Source of the DNA: Syntrophales bacterium | Lineage (GTDB): Bacteria; Desulfobacterota; Syntrophia; Syntrophales; UBA2210 | NCBI GenBank assembly: GCA_963666365.2 | Contig: CAXXNF010000002.1 | Location: 1 to 64,000 of the forward strand | DNA length: 64,000 bases | Reading direction: 5' to 3' | Part shown: positions 39,001 to 51,000 of the stretch, piece after piece | Layout: every line of letters starts with the position of its first letter | Numbering within the stretch: the stretch's first letter is position 1 | Notes under the pieces: generated by a model | The model's input: the letters and a program-made list of their open reading frames with translations, nothing else | Told to the model about the DNA's origin: nothing | The model's database searches: none | Made by a program: the position numbers and the translations under genes

Positions 39001-42000
39001 CGTGGACCGCATCTACGCCGGCCAGGGAAACGACGACGTGCTGGGCGGCCAGGGGCGCAATTACCTCTATGCATGGTCCAAAGATCCCAATATCGGCGGC
39101 ATCAATGACACCGCCGTGACGGAACTGCACTTCCGGGACGGCAGCCGAAGCGAAGGTGACCGTCTTTACGGCAGGTGAGGACAGGGTCCGGATTGAGGCA
39201 ACCGCCGACGCCCCGGTGACAGGACAGCTTTCCGCCGACGCCCACTTCAGTCTGCTCATCGGCGAAGGGACGCTGCCGATCAATGTGACCGTGACGAAGT
39301 ACGCCACCAGCGACAATCTGACCATATCCCATCTGCTGGACGACATCGAAGCGGCCATCGCGGAGGCGACCTTCGACGACGGTTCCGACGCGCACCTGGA
39401 CGAGAAGGTCACGGTGAGCCGTTCCGGCAACGTGATCACCCTGACGACGAAGGGGACGCTGCTGACGGTGATTCCCGGATCGGGCGATCCGGCGCGCACC
39501 GAACTCGATTTCGAAATTCGGAACCGATTTGCGGTGACGAGTCTGATCGACTCTCAAGACGCCGTTTGAGATTCTCTATGCCCTGGATGCACCGGCCGAG
39601 CTTCAAGCTGATCTACGAGCCGGATGATGCCAATCTCTTGACCGACCTGCACTGGATCAACGCCGCGCTGCCGGTCATGCTCAATAACGGCGCGGTCACC
39701 ATACGTGGTCTATGTATCCGCCGAGGCCACCCAGGACAACACCGAGCATCGCGGACCTGGTGGCCGACATCAACGCCGCCCTGGCAGCATACGGCCTCGC
39801 CGACCGGGTGATCGCCGGGCTCCGCCGCGGTGGACGATCGACATGGTGTGCAGAAGACCGTTCTCCACCCTGGCCTCCCGGATCGTCTCGATCAAGGTGG
39901 TCAGCCACTTCGGGGTGTACGTGGATCCTGCGATACCGGCGCCCTGCGCGACAACGACGGCGGCGGGATTTACTCAGGAAGAGGACACCGGGTCTCAACC
40001 GCATTCTCGGCGGTCCCATGGGGATGACGATCTTTACGGCGGCACCGGGCTCGACTTCCTTTACGGCCGGGACGGGAACAACACCCTCTGGCGGGCGGAC
40101 GGCACCTCCTTCGATACCCTCGACGGCGGGCTCGCCGGTGATGCCTGGAAAGAATATGCCAAAGCGAATCCGACAAGGTCTGGTACTACCGGGGGACCAA
40201 CGCAGACGATGTGATCTCGGTCGATTTCGTCACCGAGCCGGGCGTGCTTTGGCCGGACAGCATCTGATCACGCGCCTGACCAACAACAACGGCAACTACA
40301 CCTTCGATGCCGCGGTGAAGCTGAGTTTAAACGCCACCAACGCTGCGGGCGAGTTGATCTGGAACACCAACGACAGCCTGCCGGCCGATGACGATTACCT
40401 GGTCATCATCATCGATTGTCATGAACGGCGACGACAGTGGTGACCATCGGTCCCACGGTGCAAAAGACCGTCTGGACCGACGGCGGATACGGCGACGACC
40501 GTGGTGGAGACCATGTCCGGAATCGCCATTCTTCCGGACAAAACCGAAGGCACCACGCGCAACGATACCATTGAGACGGCTTACAATCTGGGTCGGGCCT
40601 GGCTGATGGCCTCCGATTATCCGGCGGACGATGAGCGCTTCTCCCTGAGCACCACTTGCCGACGGCGCCGATCCGGCCTTCAGCAATCTTTGTCAACGGG
40701 AATGTGGACCCGGTGCCAGTCATGGTCGACCGGCACCGCATGACAACCAGACCGTCTGCCGATTTGATCGCGGATCTCAACCGGGCGACTGAAAACCGCG
40801 GGCCTGGACAGCGATCTGGTGGCGGTGAGCCTGGGCGGCCGGGTCGCCATCGGGCCCACCGCTGTCGAGTTCAGCGTGACGGGCGCTCCAGATCGGCGCC
40901 TACGAAGACCAGCGTCACCACGGTCGAGGAGCTTGGTTTTACGGCCGACGCGGTGATCGGCCTGGCCGTACTCAAGGCCGGCGGCCGACCCGCGGTGAGT
41001 CTGGCGGCCGAATCGGCCGCTGCACGGCCACGGCGATTGCCGATGCCGACGGTACCTTCATTCTCACCATCGACGGCACGGCCTACCCGGTCACAGTGGT
41101 AACCGGAACCGCCGGCAACACCACCCGGCAGAACCTGGTGGACGACCTCAACGCCGCCGTTTACGGCTGCCCTTCCTGGACGGACTGGTGGTGGCGCAGT
41201 CGAAACACGCCCAGGGAAAAATCGAATTCAAACCGGCCAGATGGCGTGGACGATCGACAGCATCGCGGTGGACGGTTCGCACGAAGTCGTAACCAAGGTC
41301 GGGTTTGCGGCTCAGCAGTCGGCCCATTACACGCGTTTGACCGACGGATTCGGTCTTCCGGGTGAGCGTCAACGGCGACGGACCTATGTCCAGGTGACGG
41401 TCGCGGCGGACAGTACTGCGGACAACCAGAGCCTTGCCGATCTGGCGGCCGACTATCAATACGCTGCCTTCGCGGCGGCGGATCGGTCGATCACCTGATC
41501 CGCGCCATGGTGAGCGGCGGGGTCAATTTGGTTTATCACGGTGGAAGGCGGCTCGCGGGCTTCCATCGCCCTGGATGCGGGAGAAGGCGACCCGTTGGTG
41601 CAAAAGATCGGGTTTGTCCGTTGACGGGATCCGCCGGATCGGCCCTGCTCCTCAACCAGAACCTGACCCTAGAAAACCTCACCATCGACAATGCCGACGA
41701 TGTCGATTGGTACAGTTTCATCCTGTCGCCCGATCCCCGGGGCCGAACGCTGAAATAAAACTCAGCAGCGCCTCCGATCTTGACGGACTCGGCCTGGCCC
41801 TGTTCCCGGCCGACGGCGGCGGACAGCTGATAGAGGAAGACAAGATCGACATCGGCGGCGGAAACGAGACGGCCGAAACGGCCTATCTGATCGAGAACAT
41901 CGCCGATGTGGCGGCCGTCACCGGCCTGAGCATCTATACGGCTGAGGATATAGACTGGTTCAAATTCACCATGAAGGACAACGGAACGGCTTCCGATACC

Positions 42001-45000
42001 TTTGAGCTGGAAAAGACCCGCGGCGACGGGATCATTACCATTCAGCTCTTTGCGGCTGACGGACCACCCCGCTATATAAAATAGACGGCACAACGCTACT
42101 TGTGGGCACAACCTCCACGGACGATCATGTGGTGCTCGATCTCGATTCATTGACCGCCGGTGCGGAGGGGACGGATTACCTGGTGAAGATCACCGCCGAC
42201 GCACAGGCCGCCTACAGTCTCTATCCCCACATCGGCGACGCCGGCGAAACCGTGATCGATCTGAGCCGATCCGCCGTGCTGTCCATCAATCCGGACCGCG
42301 TGGACATGGAAGGGGGCAACGAGACCGCCGCCGATGCCTACCGGATCGCCGATATCGAGGGCATCAGCAAGATCTACGGTCTGACCATCGATACCACCGC
42401 CGATGTGGACTGGTTCGTTTTCACGATGGGTGAGGACGGCACCAAGGCCGATACATTCAGCCTGCTGCGCACCAACAGCGAAAGCGCAATAATTACCTTC
42501 AGCCTCTACGATGCCGACGGCAACAGGCTGCTGACCTCCGGTGGCGACGTGGTGACCATCGACGGTGGGGCCTATCCGGCTTCAGCTTATAAGTATACAG
42601 GAAAGACCAGCGCCACCGAAGCCTACGTAAAACTGAGTCTGGAAGGGCTTGCCAAGGGCGACTATACGATAGAAGTGACCGCCGACGAGCCGACCTATTA
42701 TGAACTGTACCCGAATATCGGGGCAAAGGGTTACACGCTGAAAGACCTTGCCGGCAAGTCGTCCAGCGGCATCAGCCTGTCCACCCTTGAGGCGGGCACG
42801 GCCTATATGCTGCGGGTGACCTCGCCCAACCTGGTGCCCACCATCTATGATCTGGAGTTTGTACTGACCGCCGGCGAGGATGCCAATGTACAGGATATGG
42901 CGCAGCGCACCGATGCGGTCCGCAAGGACGTGATCATGGGCGGCCCGGGCAATGACGTGCTCATGGGCGGCATGGGTGAAGACTGGATCTTCGGCGGTCC
43001 GGGCAATGACGTGCTCTGCGGCGGTTTCGACCGCCAGGCGCCTGATCTGCTCTTCGGCGAGGACGGCAACGACACCTTCCAGCTCATTCCCGATGCGCTG
43101 CCGCTTATGGAAGGGTCCGATCAGACCTACGTGCCCACCTTCGTGGATACCATGTACGGCGGCGACGGCGTGGACAGGGTGCTCTTCCTGGGCGGCGACA
43201 CCGACAATCTGGGACTGGACGTGCCCGACTATGTGTCCCTGCGCTACAACAGGATACTGCACCGCTACGAGCTGACCGCCCTTGTCTGGGATAAGGCCAA
43301 TCAGGAATTCATGACCGAGGTGGTGCCCGGTGCCGTGATCGTGGCCAAGGATGCGCCCAAGGAATCGGCCGGCGGATCGTCGGCCTATGACGGGCGGCTC
43401 GCCGAGGATATCATCTTCGATATAATTCTCGATAACGTGACCTATACCGTAACCGTGCCGCACGCCCTGGGCGACGGCATCGTGACGGCGGCAAACGCAC
43501 CGCAGATAGCGGCAAATAATATTACGGCGGTCAATTTGCCGACCTTTGCAAGCGAGGACTACACCGAGACCTTCACGGTCCAGGTAAACGACACCAGTCC
43601 CGTCGGCATAGGGGTCTATACGAGCCAGATCAGCACAATTGCCCAGATGGTAACCGCTCTGAACGATGCCATCGCATCGACGAGCCTTAATGGGAAGATT
43701 TCCGCCGCCGCCGTATCAACCACCGATGGAAGGCTGAAGATAACGGTAATAGATTCAAATGACATCGTGGTCATCTCCGACGGCAATTCGGACGGCGACT
43801 TGAGCTATTTCGGTTTCGAGTTCAACGGTCTGCAGGTGGCGATTGGCGATCACTCACCGGTCCAGGTGAACGTCAACGGTCTTACCAACGACATTGAAGC
43901 GCTGGCGGGGCTGGTCAACGAGGCGATCCGTTCGACGACGCTGACCGGCAAGGTGACGATGACCAAGGATGCCGGGGGCACGAAACTGGTGCTTCAGCCC
44001 GTCGGCATCCTTGACGGCACTGCGATCGAGATGGTCGAGGCGTCCGGCGAGACCAATCTTGCCTTCTTCGGCTTTACTGACGGCCAGAGCGCCCAAGTGA
44101 ACAATTCCGTGGCCGATCTGGCTAAGGACATTGTCGAGGCACTGCGCACGGCCGACAAGAGTGGTACGACCGAAGACATCAGCGACCGGATCAACGTGGG
44201 CGCCTCCGGCGGGCGGCTCATTATACAGACCTCAGAGATTGCGAAAGATTCAACGCTCAAGGTGTCCGGTGCCGGCGAAACCACACTCGGCTTTACTGCT
44301 GACCAGCTTCCCGAACCCCAGAAGGTGATCTACACCCAGACCTACATCTTCTATCAAACCCACCAGGTGGAGCAGACGGTAATCGACGTACAGGGCGGCG
44401 ATGATGTGGTGCGGGGCGATGCGGGCTTTACCTTCCCCAACGTGGAAAGTGAGTGGGGAATCGATCCGGGCGACGTGGAACAGAACGGTGAAATTTCCCG
44501 CCTGATTATCTACGGCGGCGACGGCAACGATCATCTCTATGGCGGTGCATACGACGACGAAATTTACGGCGGCGACGGCATCGACTTTATCGCCGGCGGC
44601 GGCGGTTCGGACTATCTGGACGGCGGCCCCGGACAAGATCTGCTTGCAGGCGATACCACCACGGCGCCCGACGACTATGAACTGGTGGAGAGGATCGGCG
44701 AAGTGGCGACCAACGACCAACCGGCCTACGCCGCCGTGCTGCCTGCCATCACCCGGGGCCTCGAAATCGACGGATTGACTCTCCATGAGGGGGATGCGGC
44801 CGACTGGTATCTGATCGAGACGCCCGATGCCCTCAGGAGCTTCGGTTCCGCCCACGCGGCCCAGCTCATAATGGACATGATCTCCGTGGTCTTTGACGAG
44901 CCGAATATGCAGGCGCTCTATGACAGCTTCCCGCTGACGGGGAGCTACCTCTTTGCGGCAGGCAATGTGGGCTCCAGTGGAGAGCTGGAAATCGTGCCGG

Positions 45001-48000
45001 TTGAAAAATATTCCGGCGTGCCTGACTACTATGTGCTCAAGATCGAAAACGTGCGCTCCTTCAGCGTGACGGCGATCAATGCGGTGGTGACCCTGGGACG
45101 TCTCAGCGCCGATGCGACATTCAACATCAGTATCGACGGCGGCGATCCGGTGGCAGTGACCGTATCGAAGGCATCTACCGATGCCAATGTGGATATCGAC
45201 AATCTTATCGCGGATGTAAATACCGCTCTGACCGGTGCAGGATTAAGTGCAACCGTAAAGGCGGAAAAAGTGTCCATTGCCACGGGCTTCCGCATCAGCC
45301 TGACCGGCGCCTACGGCATGACCATTGAAATAAGTTACGCCGATGACAACGCCGCCTCCGAACTGGGTTTTGTCAGCGGACAGAGCAACTCCGGCCGTGC
45401 ACCGGCCATGGGCCGCTACAAGCTGGTGTTCTCAAAAGAACTGCTCGGGACAGCCATCGATGTGGCAGGTGCCGACGCCGACGTGCAGATTTCCATCGGA
45501 GACCCCTCGTACCGTCCGGCGGCGATACCACTTGGCGACATCAATGGTGACGGTTACGACGATTACATTGCCGCCGTGAAAGACAACCTCACTGGCAGCG
45601 GTTTCAGCTATGCCCGCGTGGTCTTCGGTTCGGCGGCCGGCACCGACTTTGCCCTTGAAGCGGCCGGGGGATTTATCCTCAAACTGACGGCGCCGGTACT
45701 CTATCCGACCTCCACCACCCAGGCGCAGTCTTTCTTTGCAAAACCGGGCGATTATAACGGCGACGGAAAAGATGACATCATTGTCAGTGTCACCACCCCC
45801 ACCGGCGCCACAGTGACCGGGCTCGAACAGGCCGTCTATCTCATCTTCGGGGCCGTTACCTGGGCTGATGAGTTCGATGTGTACGGTCAGGCGGACGTGC
45901 GGATCGTCGGCACCGCCGGTGCAGGCGCCCTGCGCGGATCGAGCGCCGGCAACGTAAACGGCGATGCCTATGGTGATTTCCTCGTGACCCAGGGGAGCAG
46001 CGCCTATCTGTTCTATGGAAAGGCAAAGGCCATTTGGGAAACGGAAACAGGCGAACTTCTGAACGAAGACTTCACCAGTGGTTTAGGTGGATTTTCACGA
46101 GATACCATCGATGCTGCAAACCTGTGGCACCTCACCGTTCTGCGGTCCGGCGATCCCAACCACTCTGCGGGGCAGAGCCTCTACTACGGACTTGACAGCA
46201 CCCAGACCTACAACTACATCGACAGCGTCAGCGGACTGCCCGAACAGACCCTCGGGACCGTTACGTCAGCGGAGACAAGTCTTTCCGGGTACACCACGGC
46301 CACGCTGTCATTTAAATACTACCTGGAAACAGAAGGGCGGCCGGAGAGTTATGACCAGGTCAAGGTTGTTGTGCTGAGTACCTCTGACAACTGGGATACC
46401 CAAACCGTGACCATCGTCGCCTCCAACGACTCCGCCCTGGCCGACACGGTGCTCTCCGATCCCAGTTCCGCCTGGAAGTCGGCCAGTGTCGACCTCACCG
46501 ACTTCGCCGGAAAGAAGATCAAAATCCGTTTTGCCTTCGACTCCATTGATGAGGTGGAAAACCAGTACGAAGGCTGGTATGTGGATGATGTGCGGATCGT
46601 GGCGCCCACGTCCGTCTCCGGTGCAAACGCCACGTTCACTGTTGCTGCAGGGTTTGTGTCCGCCGCCGGCATCGGCGACTACAACGGCGACGGCTTTGAT
46701 GATCTCGCCTTCCTGAATGCGGCAGGTAATGTGTATCTATACTATGGTGCAACAGGCGCCACTCCCTTCGCGGGTCCCATCGCCGTGCCGGCCTCCGACC
46801 CCGACCTGACCCTCGCCACCGGCATTGTGGGGACACTGACCCCGCTGGGTAATGTGAACGGTGATGTCAGCGGCGATTATGCGATTGATGACTTCGTGGT
46901 AAACGGTGCGGGTATGTCCTGGATCGTCCTGGGCGGCATGGGCCTCGATGCTGATCTGAAAATAATTTCCACCCGCTACTTTATCAATGTCGGCGACATC
47001 GACGGAGACGGTAAGGATGACCTGGGCGCCCTGGCTCTTGAATCGAGCCCGGGACTGCTCCAGAACGGATCGGTGGTGACTCATGCCGTGGGCCAGGTCT
47101 TCCTCGGCAGGGATTCGGATTCCTGGGCAGCCGCCTGCTTCACCTGCCCCGATCTGGTCTTCGAGCTTGACCAGCCGTCCTATCAGGATGCGGGCGGCGC
47201 CACCATTCCGCAGCATTACTTCGCCGGTGTAGGTGATATCAATAATGATGGCAAGAACGACCTGGCCGCGGCAGAAACGCTGAGTACCCAGGTCCACCTG
47301 AGTTACGGCACGGCCCTTACACGTTACAGTGCGCCTGCACAGCCCGAGACGGACAAGCCGCTGCCGAAAGTATATGTGTACGAACTGGCGAAGCCGAACA
47401 TGGGCGGGACCGGTTCCACGGCCCATACCGGTATCGATGTATCAAACGATACGATCACCGATTTCACAATGCATGATGCCTTTGCTATTGAAGGAAGCGC
47501 CATTGGACAGCAACTCTCCTCGGCCCAGGCCATCGGTGATTTCGACGGAGACGGCAGCGACGACTTCATGGTGAGCGGTACGTTGGCAAGCTATATCTTC
47601 CTCGGTCCCATGGACCTCACCGGGCTTTCGAATGTAAACATCGCCGCCGATTTCATAATCGATGCCGCCTCACTGGGCACACCGGCCGACGCCATGGGCG
47701 ATGTCAACGCCGACGGAAAGACCGATCTGGCCTTTGTGCGCCATGACGATGCAGGCAACAGGACCGTCGTAACCGTGATTTTCGGCGGGCGCGTCATGCC
47801 CAGGACCATCGACGCGTCCTCCCTGGAGGCGCTCTACGCCCGGACCATCGAATTGGAGGATACGCTGCTCGAGGAGACGGGCGAAATTACCGTCATGATC
47901 GGGAACTGGAGCGGCCATGTGGATGTCCAGACCGGGCGCTTCTTCAACGATCTGCTGGTGGTCTCCTCGCTGCCGGGCGCCACCAACAGCTACGGCTATG

Positions 48001-51000
48001 TCTTCGCCGGCGATACGATCAAGGCCCGGACCACTACCATGGGCACCGGCGATGCCCTGGTGGACCTGAAACTCTTCACCACTACGGTGAATGTGGCCGA
48101 CGACCGTGTACCGGTGCGGACGCCCGACCTGGATACCCTGGAATCGACCACGAAGGTTACGATTGCGCCGGTGCATACGGTCATCGGTACAGCAGGCGCC
48201 ATTACCGACGCTGGGCAGAACACCTACGAGATCAATCAATCTGTGTCACATGCAGTAGGTAACGGTCTTACGGGACAATACTACGACGGCATCAATCTTG
48301 ACCAGACGATAAGTTATACCTGGTCGAATTACAGCGATTACGGGATTTACGACTATCAGACGACGTACTCTCATATTTATGTCGGGAACAGCGGCCTTAC
48401 AAATCTCAGTGTAAGCTGGCAGATTTACCACACCTATATCGGAGACCTGCGAATTACCGTGATCGCACCGAACGGTACAGAATATGTGGTGCATAATCGC
48501 AGCGGCGGGAATACCCGTGCTAATCCATGGTATCTGGTGAGCAACGTGGGGATCGGTACGCCAGGTACTACGGCCGGATGGTGGACCTTCAAGGTGGAAG
48601 ACCTTGCCGGAAGTGATCAGGGGTGGATTGACGGATGGCAGATTCACGGAACCGTGGGAGGAAGTTCGGCTCTAACCGGGACCGCGAGCACCGTCAATTT
48701 CGGCGACACACAGCCCGTGACGGGGCAAATGGAAACATACTCCAGCCGCTGGACGGGCTATGTGTCGGCGCTGGCTTCAGGCTACTATCAGTTCCGCACC
48801 TATAGCGATGACGGGGTGAGATTATATTTGAACGACGGCCTGGTCATCAATAACTGGACCGATCACGGCGGCACGTACGATTATTCCGGCAGTTATTACC
48901 TGACTACCGGAACCTATTATTCAATAAAGATGGAGCACTATCAAAATTACGGCGGCGCGGTGGCACGTCTGGAATGGAACGGTCCGGGCACCAACGGGTG
49001 GCAGGTGGTGCCCGAGCAGGCGCTGTTCACGGCAAATACGGGAGGAACACCCAAGTACATTACCGACTCCAACATCACCGTCTCCACCATCAATGTGAAC
49101 GCGGCCACTGCGGGCGCCGCCTACCCGATAGCGAGTGTAGAAGCGACTGTTAACCTGAAACATACCTACATCGGCGACCTGGTCATCTCGCTGGTATCGC
49201 CTGAGGGGAACACCGTCATTCTGCACAACCGCAGTGGTGGAAGTACGGATGATATTAATGGAACCTATACCGTCGGCACTGTTCCCGGTCTTGGGATTCT
49301 TCAGGGTGCGCGCGCCGATGGAAACTGGCAGCTGAAGATTGAGGACAAGGCCGGTGGCGATCAGGGTTGGCTGGCGCAATGGTCCCTGAAGATTGCTACG
49401 TACCAGGATATCGCAGAGAGCACTCCCTACAGCGCAAGCGCAACCGGAATTTCAGGAAATATTACCGACGTCAACGTGCGCATTACTCTGGATCACCCCA
49501 ATCTGTCGGAGCTGAAAATAGAATTGAAGCATGTGGTGTCGAATAGAACAATCACCCTTTTCGACCGGAACGATCTTTCAGGGGCCGATTTGCTGGGTAC
49601 GGTCTTCGATGCGGGGGCTTCAAGTGACATTTGGAACGGAACGGCCTCTTACACGGGAACATTTCTCCCACGGGGCAGCCTTGATTTCTTTGACGGACAA
49701 AGTCCCAACAGCGAGTGGCAGCTTATCATTACAGATTACGTACACAGTACCGCATCAGGGGCTCTCGTCAGCTGGTACCTGGATGTGCGCACTGATGAAA
49801 TAATTGCCTCGACGATTACGGTCTCCGGACTTTCGAAGGACAACGATGATGTGACGCTCACCGACGTGAACCTGTGGCTCAATATTTCCCATGCTTCGTC
49901 CGACAATGCTTTAAATATCTGGCTGGTGAGTCCCGGCGGGACGGAAGTGCAGCTTTGCGACAGTACAGAGGTGACGGGAAGAAGTCTCTCCGGTGAAGTC
50001 TTTGACGATGAGGCGGGCGATTCCGTCCTGAACGGGTTCTTTACGGCAGCGCACTCTGATTCGGAGGGCAACCTCAACGGGACCTGGACGCTCAAGATCC
50101 AGGATACCACCGGCAATGTCTCCGGCACCCTGAACGGTTGGACCCTCTATTTGGGGACCTCGCCGACGGTGTCGCAGATCGAAGTCGCCGGTCTTCCCGA
50201 CGGGCTGCGCGATCTTGACGTCACGGTGACCCTGGGCGACGATCCCGCTAATGGCTATGATTTCAATCTGGACGACTACTCGCTGGTGGTGCGCAAACTC
50301 AATACCGACGGCACGGTGCTGATCAGTAAAGCGCTCTTTAACCAGGGTACGCTGACAGGCAGCGCCCTGGGCAATGTGGTGCTGGGGACCACCTTCGACG
50401 ACGAGGCGGCCATCGATATCGGCGCAGGCGACGCGCCCTACACCTCTTCTTACAAGCCGGTTTCGTACACTGAGGATGGGAGCGGGGAACAGGTGGACGG
50501 TTTGATCGCCTTCGACGGCATCGATCCCAACGGTATCTGGGAACTCGTGCTCACCGACCACGAGGGAAAGACGGTAGGAAGGATCGAGGACTGGTCGCTC
50601 ACCTTCTCCTTCGAGCCGGAAGATGCCGATGCCCTGTCGGTTGTAGTGGGCGGCGACATCAGCGGGAACGGTCTCGACGATCTCGTCATCGGCGTGACTT
50701 CATTCAATACGGCGCCGAACGACGAACCCGATCCACGCATCGGCTGGGCCTATGTGCTGGGCGGCAGGCTCAGCGCCGCCAATACCGGCAAGGGAACCGT
50801 GACGAACGGCAACGACCTTGCCGACGAGACGGTGATCGCCTCCGCCTGGACGGCCCTGGGTTCCGATTTCATGAATGCCCGCGCGGTCTTCAATCTTGCC
50901 GGCGGCAACAACAATCTCTGGTTCGAGGCCCTCGATGCGGATGCCACTGCCAACGACATCCTGATCAAACTGGTCATGGATACGGATCTGACCACCGACC

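Noticed and set aside
30855..39060. Calling the gene a pore-forming RTX or MARTX toxin, or giving it a gene symbol such as lapA
   Set aside because: No hydrophobic pore-forming helices, cysteine-protease or effector motifs were seen, and the termini that would define the family are outside the window.
39156..42084. Cluster of small independent + strand genes or a programmed-frameshift cassette
   Set aside because: Each small ORF is partly sense and partly nonsense, and they join into one continuous protein. There are too many shifts and no consistent slippery motif.
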